Assembly: GCA_001803415.1 (NCBI GenBank)
Contig: MHDC01000011.1
Location: 4,642-68,641 of the forward strand
DNA length: 64,000 nt
Direction: 5' to 3'
Source: Microgenomates group bacterium RBG_16_45_19
GTDB taxonomy: Bacteria; Patescibacteriota; Microgenomatia; UBA1400; RBG-16-45-19
This document shows positions 45,601 through 54,317 of this stretch, piece by piece. The notes under the pieces were generated by a model that was not told where the DNA came from, made no database searches, and saw nothing but the letters and a program-made list of their open reading frames with translations. Numbering within the stretch: the stretch's first letter is position 1; every line of letters begins with the position of its first letter. Position numbers and translations under genes: made by a program.

Positions 45601-47901
45601 TTATACTATGGGTTCTTCAAAAGTGGGTTTTGAGGGTGGTTTAGGCAATCGCTGGCTGGAAATCAAATCAACCACCGGACCGGCTTGTTGAAGATATTGG
45701 GCAATTTCGGCCGGTGATTTGCCATAGCGTTGACGTGATAAGGTTTTGATCTGGGCGGCCAAATTTTTAGCGCTTGGTTTAACGGTTAAGGTGGTCGCTG
45801 AGAATGGTTCAGTGGTTTTACCGACGACAGAAAGCTTGGCGTAAACTTCACGGATATTAAGGTTGATTAAATCCGCCTGATTGACGCCGGGAGTGAATTC
45901 TTTGGCTAAAAAGGCCGCATCTTCGGGGCCGGTCCGAAAGGTGATAAAGGAGCCGACGTTACCGAAAACAGTTTTGCGAATGGCGGGAGTAAGCTGGTCG
46001 AGGTATTGATGAGCGATGGTAATGGCGAGATTAAATTTACGGGCTTCGGATAAGAGCTGGTTAAAGGAGTCGGTAGCAAAATGCTGAAATTCATCGACAT
46101 ATAAATAAAATTCCGGTCTTTGGTCTTCCGGTTGGTTAACCCGGGCCATAGTGGCTTCTTGAATCTTGGTAAGAATCATGGAGCCTAATAGAGCGGTGTT
46201 TTCTTCACCGAGTTTCCCTTTAGCAATGTTGATAACAATAATTTTGGCTTCATTCATGGCAGTGGAAAAGTCAAACGCCGACTGAGGTTGACTGACAACA
46301 TGACGGATATAATCGTTGGAGATAAATTGACCTACTTGATTAATCAGGGGAATAATGGCTTCGTTGTCGAATTTCTCGTTCCAGGCAGTAAATTCGTGGG
46401 TCCAAAAATTTTTAACCACCGGGTCTTCGAGTTGAGCAATGAGTTGATGACGATAGTCAGTTTCGGTTAATAAACGGACAATATCGATGACGGTGGTGTT
46501 TCCGACTTCAACTAGAGCCAGAACGATAAAGCGGAGGACGTGTTCGAGACGACTATTCCATTGAGCCCCAAACAATTTTTTAAAAATAGCAATAAAACCG
46601 GTCACCACTTGATATTTAGCCTCAGGGGTTTCGCAGGTGAGCGGATTAAATCCCAAGGGGTGGGTAGTATCGGAGGGATTGAAATAGATAACATCATTAA
46701 CGCGTTTTGGGGGAATATGGGAGAGAATATTTTCGGCCAAGTCACCATGAGGATCGATAACACAAAAGCCCTTATCAAAAAAGATATCGGAAAGGATGAG
46801 AAGTTCGATAAGTTTACTCTTACCCATGCCGGTTTTACCGACGATATAGGCGTGGCGGTTACGATCCCGGCGGTCCAAGCCGAATTCGAGGCTGGTTTCC
46901 CGATATAAAGTTTTACCAAAAATAGAGTGGTGGGGTTGGTCTAAAAATTGACCTTTTGGCAGATTCTGAGGCGGCGGGAGATAATTGGCGGCGACGTGTT
47001 CCAGGTTAGTAATATGTAATGAGGAATCGGGAAAATGGAAAATGGCGGCCAGTTCACGGGAATTTAAGATAAAGGGATTAGGAGAGAGGCTGCGGGCCAT
47101 AAAGCGCTGTTTGATGGCTTCAGGTTGGGATGGAGACACCACTAGGGCATTAATGTCACTCAGACTGAGTTTATCCAGGGCTTTACTGACTAAGCCAAGA
47201 TTTTCGTTGACTTCGGTAGTTGAGGGAGCAGATATGGCGACGCGAAGGTTGGCATAAAATAGTTTTGAGTCAAACTTCTGTTTGACAACTTGATAATAGT
47301 TAATCGCTTCTTTTTCAAGAAAGGGATGATGAAGAAAGCGATTCAGGTTATTTAAGGCGCCAATAATAAATGAGAATTTTTCTCGGAGAAATTGGCGCGA
47401 CCAGGATTCAGAAGTAGGTTTAAGGAGTATTTGCAGACATACCCCCTCTTCATAATGTTCGAGTTTGTTAAGGACAGCAGCCAGCATCAGATAGGGGTCT
47501 GACTGAGAGGTAAAACTAGTTTTGAGGGGGAAAAATGACGATCTTTCTAAGGTGAATTCGGTAAAGACTTGTTTTTGACCATGGACTTTAATCTCCACCG
47601 CCGCTTGAGTAATTTCGACGCGATTAAATTTAGTGTAAATTAAAGGAGTAATGACCGCGGCCAATGGCTGGGGGGCAACAATTTGAAAGCTAAAATAGTT
47701 TTCCTGTAACCAGACTTCGCAACTGATAGTGTCGGTCGGCTGATGCGGATTAAGTCGAGTCTTAGCCAACTTATGTAAATCTTCAAAAAAAGCGGTGAAG
47801 ATGGCGACGGAATTTTCAAGATCGAGGGGTGCTTTAAGGCGGAGCACCTGTTTCGGTTGGATCATGACGGTTTGGCCACCCCAGGTGGCATACGTAGCCA
47901 T
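45601..47901 (-). CDS. TraD/VirD4-like (T4CP / DUF87 HerA-FtsK-like) ATPase, no N-terminal TM
   Basis: Walker A GKTGMGKS, IDPHGDL, Walker B FYLYVDEFQHF and RKFNLAITIAHQYLDQL. Confidence 0.65.
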   Translation of the reverse strand: MATYATWGGQTVMIQPKQVLRLKAPLDLENSVAIFTAFFEDLHKLAKTRLNPHQPTDTISCEVWLQENYFSFQIVAPQPLAAVITPLIYTKFNRVEITQAAVEIKVHGQKQVFTEFTLERSSFFPLKTSFTSQSDPYLMLAAVLNKLEHYEEGVCLQILLKPTSESWSRQFLREKFSFIIGALNNLNRFLHHPFLEKEAINYYQVVKQKFDSKLFYANLRVAISAPSTTEVNENLGLVSKALDKLSLSDINALVVSPSQPEAIKQRFMARSLSPNPFILNSRELAAIFHFPDSSLHITNLEHVAANYLPPPQNLPKGQFLDQPHHSIFGKTLYRETSLEFGLDRRDRNRHAYIVGKTGMGKSKLIELLILSDIFFDKGFCVIDPHGDLAENILSHIPPKRVNDVIYFNPSDTTHPLGFNPLTCETPEAKYQVVTGFIAIFKKLFGAQWNSRLEHVLRFIVLALVEVGNTTVIDIVRLLTETDYRHQLIAQLEDPVVKNFWTHEFTAWNEKFDNEAIIPLINQVGQFISNDYIRHVVSQPQSAFDFSTAMNEAKIIVINIAKGKLGEENTALLGSMILTKIQEATMARVNQPEDQRPEFYLYVDEFQHFATDSFNQLLSEARKFNLAITIAHQYLDQLTPAIRKTVFGNVGSFITFRTGPEDAAFLAKEFTPGVNQADLINLNIREVYAKLSVVGKTTEPFSATTLTVKPSAKNLAAQIKTLSRQRYGKSPAEIAQYLQQAGPVVDLISSQRLPKPPSKPTFEEPIV

Positions 47902-47925
47902 ATTGTAACAGATCAGGGGAAAAAC

Positions 47926-48141
47926 TTAGGGCAAGAGGTCGGGGCCGGGGGCAACGCCGGGGCGGCAGCGGCTGACACGTTTAAGGCAGAGCCAACCACC
48001 CTTAATCAAACCGTAGCGTCTAAAGGCTTGGTCACAGTAATGGCTGCAACTGGGGGTAAAGCGACAACTATTGGGCGGCAGACCAAAACTTAAAAGCAGG
48101 GCCAGAAAAATGGATTTGAAAGCACGATAGAGATGAAACAT
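47926..48141 (-). CDS. yidD: membrane protein insertion efficiency factor YidD
   Basis: [19 protein letters not shown]...RCRPG. Confidence 0.85.
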   Translation of the reverse strand: MFHLYRAFKSIFLALLLSFGLPPNSCRFTPSCSHYCDQAFRRYGLIKGGWLCLKRVSRCRPGVAPGPDLLP

Positions 48142-48144
48142 AGG

Positions 48145-48456
48145 CTAGGGAGAAGAGGAGAGGGATTTTAAATAGTCGGTAAAGGCAGCCGGGTCGATAA
48201 CGTCAGAGGCAACCACTAACAACATGTCTTGAGCCGGCAAACCGGAGGCAAAGCGAATAAAACAACCGTGAAGTTGGCGTTTGAGGCGGTTGCGGGCTAC
48301 GGCCGATTTGAGGACCCGGTTGGGAATGATCACGGCCAAGCGCGGCCGAGCCAAGGGATTGGGACGAGTAATCAAGGTAAAGCCAGGAAAACGCTGGGTA
48401 GCGCCGGTAAAACGAGCCGCTGGTTTGAGAGGTAAACGATTGGCCCGGGGAAGCAT
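48145..48456 (-). CDS. rnpA: RNase P protein component
   Basis: VARNRLKRQL (RNR motif). Confidence 0.85.
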   Translation of the reverse strand: MLPRANRLPLKPAARFTGATQRFPGFTLITRPNPLARPRLAVIIPNRVLKSAVARNRLKRQLHGCFIRFASGLPAQDMLLVVASDVIDPAAFTDYLKSLSSSP

Positions 48457-48470
48457 GAGGCCATTATAGC

Positions 48471-48605
48471 TTAAGCCGCCAGGCGCCGACGACTCTTAAG
48501 GCGACGGTGGTGTAAGACGGACCGACCGGGTTTGGTCTTTTGGCGAGCTCTAAAGCCATGAGTTTTTTGGTAATGGCGTTTTTTGGGTTGATAAGTACGC
48601 TTCAT
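48471..48605 (-). CDS. rpmH: 50S ribosomal protein L34
   Basis: Absent from the ORF track (44 aa). Translated by hand: [44 protein letters not shown]. Confidence 0.9.
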   Translation of the reverse strand: MKRTYQPKKRHYQKTHGFRARQKTKPGRSVLHHRRLKSRRRLAA

Positions 48606-48610
48606 AAATA

Positions 48611-48650
48611 TAATGAGCAAGGAACAAGGAACAATGAGTAATAAGTAGTA
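48611..48650. repeat. heptamer tandem repeat block
   Basis: AATGAGC AAGGAAC AAGGAAC AATGAGT AATAAGT in the rpmH-dnaA divergent spacer. Confidence 0.7.
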
Positions 48651-48713
48651 TATAGGGAGAAGCAGAGGAGAACAAGAAGGCTATATGGTTCGGGTTTTTT
48701 GGGGATTGAATAA

Positions 48714-48722
48714 TGTGGATAA
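48714..48722. promoter_or_regulatory. perfect DnaA box (TGTGGATAA = TTATCCACA) upstream of dnaA
   Basis: Exact 9-mer in the rpmH-dnaA divergent spacer. Confidence 0.5.
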
Positions 48723-48798
48723 CTTTATTAGGCTGTGTTTCACTTGCCTTTGGTTCATCCCTGGTATTGTGGTTATAACTGCCTTAAAGGATAGGGTT

Positions 48799-50184
48799 AT
48801 GGAAGTGAAGCAGATGTGGAAAATTGTATTTGAGGATTTACAAGTGTCGATGTCGAGCGCCACTTTTTCCAGTTGGATCAAACCGTTAAGTTTACAGGCG
48901 ATGGCGGCAGTCGGGGAATCGCGACTGATTGCGGACATCGTTTGCCCATCCCCGTTTCACATTAATATTGTGGAGCAACGCTATTACGCTCAGATCAAAG
49001 ATGCTTTTGATCGGGCGACAGACAAACAAACGGAACTACGCTTTAGCGTGGGCGCTACCCCAGTCAAGACAACCATCAAAACCCCCTTAGGACCACTGTT
49101 TAAAACAGCAGGTCCGAATAACGGGCTACCGACTATGGCCATGCGTCGAGTGGGGTTGCGTAAAGATTTCAATTTTGATTCCTTTGCGGTGTCCACCACC
49201 AACGAAATGGCGCATGCGGCCGCCAAGGCTGTCAAAGATCATTTTGGGGCGGCGTATAACCCCCTGTTTATTTACGGTGGGGTGGGCGTGGGTAAAACCC
49301 ACTTGATGCAAGCGATTGCCCAAGCCAGACTATATGACAAGCCACAGACAACCATGATTTATTGTATGGGGGAAGAATTTACCAATGAAATCATTGACGC
49401 CATCCAGCAAAAGACAACTCGGGACTTTAAAAAGCGTTATCGGCTAGTCAAGGGCTTGTTTATTGATGATATCCAATTTATTGCCGGGAAAACGACGGTC
49501 CAGGAAGAATTTTTTCATACCTTTAATGCCATTTTGAAGGGGGGCGGCCAAGTGGTGTTAACCAGTGACAAACCACCGCAAGAAATCCCGCAGTTGGAAG
49601 CCAGACTAAAATCCCGATTTGAAGCTGGGCTGATTGTGGATATCGGCGAACCAGACTTTGAATTGAGGACGGCGATCACTTTGATCAAAGCCAAACAGCG
49701 GCAAATCCCGATCGGGATGGCAGAGGCACAACTAATCGCCGGCAACATTGAAAGCGCCCGAAAAATCGAGGGTTTTTTAGTCAAGTTGGCAACCGAAGCC
49801 CAGATTAGAAAACACGCCGTCGACAACGCCATGATTCAAGGTATGCTGGGGAAAGAGTCCCGGCCGACCGAGGGGTCAATTCCCCCGCTAAGGCCAAATG
49901 AAATTATCCGGGGGGTAGCTAAGTATTTCGATCTACCGGCCAAAGAAATTACCGGCAGTGGGCGGGCGGCGCGGTTGGTCTTGTCCAGGCACACAGCCAT
50001 GTACCTAATGCGGATTGATTACAACTTACCGTTAACGGAAATCGGTTATTTGTTTTCTAATCGCGATCACACGACGGTAATGCACGCGGTGAATAAAATT
50101 ACCCTGGAGTTAAAAAATTCCAGTCTGATGCGAACGACTATTGGCGACTTACGGCAGCAGCTGTATGCCAGCTATAAAGCATAA
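48799..50184 (+). CDS. dnaA: chromosomal replication initiator DnaA
   Basis: AAA+ region (YNPLFIYGGVGVGKTHLMQAIA) and a C-terminal DnaA box-binding domain. Start at the ATG at 48799 (AAAGGA RBS). Confidence 0.92.
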   Translation: MEVKQMWKIVFEDLQVSMSSATFSSWIKPLSLQAMAAVGESRLIADIVCPSPFHINIVEQRYYAQIKDAFDRATDKQTELRFSVGATPVKTTIKTPLGPLFKTAGPNNGLPTMAMRRVGLRKDFNFDSFAVSTTNEMAHAAAKAVKDHFGAAYNPLFIYGGVGVGKTHLMQAIAQARLYDKPQTTMIYCMGEEFTNEIIDAIQQKTTRDFKKRYRLVKGLFIDDIQFIAGKTTVQEEFFHTFNAILKGGGQVVLTSDKPPQEIPQLEARLKSRFEAGLIVDIGEPDFELRTAITLIKAKQRQIPIGMAEAQLIAGNIESARKIEGFLVKLATEAQIRKHAVDNAMIQGMLGKESRPTEGSIPPLRPNEIIRGVAKYFDLPAKEITGSGRAARLVLSRHTAMYLMRIDYNLPLTEIGYLFSNRDHTTVMHAVNKITLELKNSSLMRTTIGDLRQQLYASYKA

Positions 50185-50402
50185 ACCGTGGAGAAACCGG
50201 GGGAAAGTAGTTGAGAGAGAGTTTAACAAGTGAATAAATTGGAGGCGGCGGCGGATAAGTGAAGAACTGTCCACCATCGTCAACCCGAGTTTTCCAGGGG
50301 CTTCAACACACCAAAACAACCCGATATAGTTGAGAGCGAAAGCGGCGATTGTCCACCTATCCACAAGACTACTACTATAGACTACTAAAATAATATAAAG
50401 AA
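50185..50402. promoter_or_regulatory. putative oriC (dnaA-dnaN intergenic)
   Basis: DnaA-box-like 9-mers cTATCCACA (50357-50365), TTGTCCACC and TGTCCACCA, followed by an AT-rich stretch (ACTACTACTATAGACTACTAAAATAATATAAAG) just before dnaN. Confidence 0.45.
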
Positions 50403-51533
50403 ATGGAGAAAAGTATGGAAATACAAGTTTTGAAAGAAAACCTGCTAAGAGCCTTAACGATTGCGGTTAAGTTTAGCGCTCAGAAAGCCCAGTTGCCGGT
50501 GTTAGCTCACGTCTTATTGGAAGCGACCAAAACCGGCATTTACCTCGCGGCGACCGACTTGGATACCGGGATTCGGTTGAGATTTGCCGGGAAAGTGGTC
50601 ATGCCAGGGTCGGTGGCCGCGCCAGCTAGGTTATTGAATGAGTACATCGGCGTGTTGCCGCTGGGGGTGGTTGAGATCAGCAGTCAAAAAGAGAAGCTGA
50701 CCGTCAAAGCCAAGGGGTCGCGGGCAACAATGCAAATTCTGGCAGACAGCGAGTTCCCTACATTTAGCCAGGCGACACCAGCAGCAAAATTGGGGGAAAT
50801 TAAGATGGTGGATTGGCTAGGGAGCTGGCAAAAGCTGGAAACAGCGGTGTCAAAAGACTTAACCAGGCCAGTCTTAACCGGAGTCTTGTGGGAGATGGGG
50901 GAGGGGCGACTGGTGGCAACCGACGGTTACCGCTTAAGCCTGGTGGAGAGGGAGGCGTTTAATTTTGAGGGGGCGAAAGAAAAGATCGTGGTTAACGGCA
51001 GTTTCTGGGGCATGTCGGCGAAAACCATGGCCGATTTACAGGTAGATACAGCCGAAATCTATTGGTTGAAACAAGAGAAGCAACTGCTGTTAAAAACCGA
51101 CGACGTGATGATGGTGGGGAGACTGGTTGAGGGAGAATTCCCTCAGTATCAAGCCATTTTACCAAAAGGTAAAAACGTGGTGGTGACCGTGGAGCGGGAA
51201 AGTTTTTTGCAGGCGGTGCGTGGGGCAATGATTTTTGCCCGTGACAGCGCTCAAATTGTGAAATTAACCATCACCAAGCAAGCGTTAATGGTGGCAGCAG
51301 CAGCCCAGAGCGGTGGGGCGGAAACGGTGCTGGCGGCTGAGCAGGAGGGGGGCGAGTTGACGACGGCCTTTAACGGCAAGTTTTTGAGTGATTTTTTAAG
51401 CCGAGGACAAAGTGAGCAGGTGACGATGGCTTTGGATGAAGCGTTAAAACCGGGAATGTTTACCGAAGTGGGGGAGAAGCAGTATCGGCACGTGATTATG
51501 CCGATTAGGCTGCGGGAGCCGGCGGCGGGCTAA
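50403..51533 (+). CDS. dnaN: DNA polymerase III beta sliding clamp
   Basis: Three-domain beta-clamp pattern. Follows dnaA. Confidence 0.9.
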   Translation: MEKSMEIQVLKENLLRALTIAVKFSAQKAQLPVLAHVLLEATKTGIYLAATDLDTGIRLRFAGKVVMPGSVAAPARLLNEYIGVLPLGVVEISSQKEKLTVKAKGSRATMQILADSEFPTFSQATPAAKLGEIKMVDWLGSWQKLETAVSKDLTRPVLTGVLWEMGEGRLVATDGYRLSLVEREAFNFEGAKEKIVVNGSFWGMSAKTMADLQVDTAEIYWLKQEKQLLLKTDDVMMVGRLVEGEFPQYQAILPKGKNVVVTVERESFLQAVRGAMIFARDSAQIVKLTITKQALMVAAAAQSGGAETVLAAEQEGGELTTAFNGKFLSDFLSRGQSEQVTMALDEALKPGMFTEVGEKQYRHVIMPIRLREPAAG

Positions 51534-52257
51534 AAGGTGGGGGGGTCGGGGGGGGGGGGGGGGGGGCTTTGAGCGAGGCCACGGCTTGAGTCAGGGGGGA
51601 GGCATAATCGTTGGCCGAGGAGAGGCTGGCGGATTCACCGGCGTCAGGATTGTAGGCGACATAGAAGAGATGAATCAGTTCCTGGGTGGTGAGTTGGCGG
51701 GCGGAAAGATTCAGGTGAGTCAGTTGACGCAGGAGGTGGTCGCGCTTGGGCTCGAGAGAGCTTAAAGCTTTTTGGATGATATAGGTTTTATCATAGGGCA
51801 GTTTTTTGGGTTTGGAACTGGTGGGTAAGGGTAAGGCAGACTTGGAGGTTAAGCCGAGTTCGATGGCTGAGAAAGGAATGACAATATAGAATTTTTTGTC
51901 GAGGACGTTGCGTTCCTTGACGATGATCTCGACGAATTGGCGGTATTGTTCGATGCGAGCCCGAAGAACAGGGCTTAACTGGCGGACCTCCTGAGCCTTG
52001 AGTAGTTTCAAGTAATTGGTAATGTCTTTGCGCTGAGAGCGGATGAGGATTTGAATGGGGAAGGAGAGAGAATTTAAGAGGCCGGCGTAGACGTAGATCA
52101 AGCCGTCTTGTTCTTCTTCGGAGAGAAGATTAAAGTTGATGGCGCTAACTTTGAGGACCATGCAGGCCGAACCGTCGCGGAGAAGAACCAGATTAGAAAC
52201 AACATCTTCAATATCCAGATTTTCTTGAGTGGTGGAGCGAATGGGGGTGACGGGCAT
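51505..52257 (-). CDS. hypothetical protein with a polyproline C-terminus; weak resemblance to a VirB4/TraC N-terminal domain
   Basis: The N-terminal region (IEDVVSNLVLLRDGSACMVLKVSAINFNLLSEEEQDGL) resembles the first domain of VirB4/TrbE proteins. The C-terminus (APPPPPPTPPPFSPPP) is encoded by the C19 run and overlaps the dnaN 3' end by 29 nt. Confidence 0.35.
   Translation of the reverse strand: MPVTPIRSTTQENLDIEDVVSNLVLLRDGSACMVLKVSAINFNLLSEEEQDGLIYVYAGLLNSLSFPIQILIRSQRKDITNYLKLLKAQEVRQLSPVLRARIEQYRQFVEIIVKERNVLDKKFYIVIPFSAIELGLTSKSALPLPTSSKPKKLPYDKTYIIQKALSSLEPKRDHLLRQLTHLNLSARQLTTQELIHLFYVAYNPDAGESASLSSANDYASPLTQAVASLKAPPPPPPTPPPFSPPPAPAA
51539..51566. repeat. G7-TC-G19 homopolymer tract
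   Basis: Read directly: 7 G, then TC, then 19 consecutive G, immediately after the dnaN stop and inside the 3' end of the minus-strand ORF (poly-Pro codons). Confidence 0.9.
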
Positions 52258-52364
52258 GGTTAGCAACGAGCGACTAGGGCTTCGCAACTAGAAATCGATT
52301 TAATGATACTAATATACTGATTGGATTAGTGGTTTGCGAGTCGCTAGTTGCAAGTCGCGAATCA

Positions 52365-53381
52365 CTAGCTTTGGGCTTGGATCTTAAGCGGTTGGATGAC
52401 TTGTCCCCTGAGATCCAACTTGATTATAGCAAAGGTGTGGCCAGGAGCGTCGATTTCCAATTCATAAGTGCCGTTTTTTAAGGGAGTGTTGGAGGCAAAT
52501 TGCCCCAGGCGGTTGGTTTTGGTGGCGCGGACCGGGAGGCCGTCGCTGGAGCGGATTTCAATGATGGCGTTTTCAACCAAGCGGCCGACCGGATCAAGCA
52601 CCATGCCGATAATGGTGTTAGGGATGGTTGGCAGAGAGGGGAAAGGCAAATCGCGGCTTTCGGTGGGGGCGACGCCGGTGCTAGCGGCTGTTTGTTTGAC
52701 CAAAGTGTGGAGGGGTTTTGGGGGAGCGGGGTAGAGGGTTTGGGGCCGCGGTGCCGGAGCGGGAGCAGGGTGAGTGGTTTTGGTGACGGCGGTAGGAGCG
52801 GCGGCGGGGACGACGACCATTTTGGGGACGCCGTTGGCAGGGGGAGCCACGGGGACCTCGAGGGGCTTAAGAGTCAGTGGGGGGGTGGGGGCAGTTGAGA
52901 AAAGTTTTATGGAACGAGTAATTTGATCGGCTTCAGCTTGGTCAAGAGGAGAAACCGCGCTGTCGCTTAAGGTTTGCAGATAACTGGAGAGACCGAGACG
53001 TTTTTTGGTAATGGCCATTTCGGAGAGAGTTTTCATTTCGTCGACGGTGAGGACCGAGGCGTGAGGCACAAAGGAAAAATATTGGGGTAATTCATGACCT
53101 TTACCCCAAAGATATTGGGTGGGAGCATAGATGGCTTTAAGGAAGGCATTGAGCCATTGCTCCAGCGGGCGTTCTTGAATGGGGAGGAAGGCGGCGGCAA
53201 AGCCGGAGAAGACGGCCAGAAAAATGAGAGGCCACTTTAGGAGGAAGAAGAGGTTGGTTTTGAAGAGAGCGATAGCGATACCCAAGCCGACGACAATTTG
53301 GAGGAATTGCTTTAAGGTCATATCGCCAATGAGGCGGAATTGGTAGGTAGAGATGTTTTGAGGAATAGGGTGTTGGTTCAT
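52365..53381 (-). CDS. PrgI/VirB3-like membrane protein with a C-terminal carboxypeptidase-regulatory-like beta-sandwich domain
   Basis: N-terminus YQFRLIGDMTLKQFLQIVVGLGIAIALF plus a second TM helix (PrgI-like). A Pro-rich linker follows, then IIGMVLDPVGRLVENAIIEIRSSDG...GTYELEI. Confidence 0.4.
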   Translation of the reverse strand: MNQHPIPQNISTYQFRLIGDMTLKQFLQIVVGLGIAIALFKTNLFFLLKWPLIFLAVFSGFAAAFLPIQERPLEQWLNAFLKAIYAPTQYLWGKGHELPQYFSFVPHASVLTVDEMKTLSEMAITKKRLGLSSYLQTLSDSAVSPLDQAEADQITRSIKLFSTAPTPPLTLKPLEVPVAPPANGVPKMVVVPAAAPTAVTKTTHPAPAPAPRPQTLYPAPPKPLHTLVKQTAASTGVAPTESRDLPFPSLPTIPNTIIGMVLDPVGRLVENAIIEIRSSDGLPVRATKTNRLGQFASNTPLKNGTYELEIDAPGHTFAIIKLDLRGQVIQPLKIQAQS

Positions 53382-53387
53382 AGGGGG

Positions 53388-54314
53388 TTAGATGGCAGGG
53401 ACGATTAATTCAACCGCTACCTGAGTATCATCTGTTAATATACCGTTACCATAAAAATGGTAATAGGGGATGATTTTAGTGCCAGCTTTATCTTGGCGGT
53501 ATTCCCACCCACCTTGAGATAGATCAAGAGATTGGAATTGAGATAAGGTAGCCTGGGGAGCGGCCGTATCGCGAACGAATAAGGCTTCGGGATGAAGATA
53601 GACATTTGGTAGAGCTAAAGTAGGGGACTTTGTGGGGACGTTGCCTAAATTAGAAGTCTGGGAGGGTGGAGGAGAAAAACTTATCTTAAGGGGTTGATTT
53701 TGGCTGTTAAGAATGATATTCATATCACCTTGAAGTTGGTGATGGTAATATACGGGGATGTCGTTGAGTTGAAAGTGGAAGGGGATAATAATTCTTTGGG
53801 CAGATTGGGGTGGTAAATTGTCCTGAGGACTAAGATTAATATAATCGGGAACATTGGAAGTTAAGAGGATGTTTTCTTGATCAAGAGTAACATTATTCAG
53901 ACCGAGATCGACAGCCAGTTGTTGGGCGGCAGTAATAGCGGCAGAGACGTCGATGCCGGGTTGACTGATTAGGGGTCGAAAGTAGGAAATGGCTAAGGTG
54001 TGGTTGGCGGGGATGAGGTTTAAACTAACCTCGTTTTTAGTCCAAAGGGAGCTTGATTGGGGGTGGGGATCTAAATTGAGAGTGGTAGCCAGTTGTTGGC
54101 CAAAGAGAGAGAGGTCGGTAGGAATGATCTGGTAGGTGGGTAAGTAGGGGGGGATAGGGATGGTTGGACCAGAATAGGTAATGGTGGGTGTTTGAGTACT
54201 GGGGGTAGGAGTAGCAGGTGGGAGAGCTGGTTCCTTGGGGGTGAGGAGATAAAAAATTAAACCAATAAGGATTACTATTCCGGTGATAAAAAGAGGAAAG
54301 TATTTTTTTAGCAT
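53388..54314 (-). CDS. N-terminally anchored extracytoplasmic hypothetical protein
   Basis: Single N-terminal TM helix followed by a Pro/Thr-rich segment. Operonic with the M23 protein and the PrgI-like gene. Confidence 0.4.
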   Translation of the reverse strand: MLKKYFPLFITGIVILIGLIFYLLTPKEPALPPATPTPSTQTPTITYSGPTIPIPPYLPTYQIIPTDLSLFGQQLATTLNLDPHPQSSSLWTKNEVSLNLIPANHTLAISYFRPLISQPGIDVSAAITAAQQLAVDLGLNNVTLDQENILLTSNVPDYINLSPQDNLPPQSAQRIIIPFHFQLNDIPVYYHHQLQGDMNIILNSQNQPLKISFSPPPSQTSNLGNVPTKSPTLALPNVYLHPEALFVRDTAAPQATLSQFQSLDLSQGGWEYRQDKAGTKIIPYYHFYGNGILTDDTQVAVELIVPAI

Positions 54315-54317
54315 AAG

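Noticed and set aside
40744-47901. Interpreting the VirB4-like and VirD4-like ATPases as part of an integrated conjugative element
   Set aside because: They are separated by rnhA-jag-yidC and flanked by rplY and yidD-rnpA-rpmH. There is no integrase, relaxase or flanking repeats, and composition is similar to the neighbours. A chromosomal system is more consistent.
52468-52898. Gly/Arg-rich plus-strand ORFs inside the PrgI-like gene
   Set aside because: They are antisense to Pro-rich coding sequence. They are artifacts.
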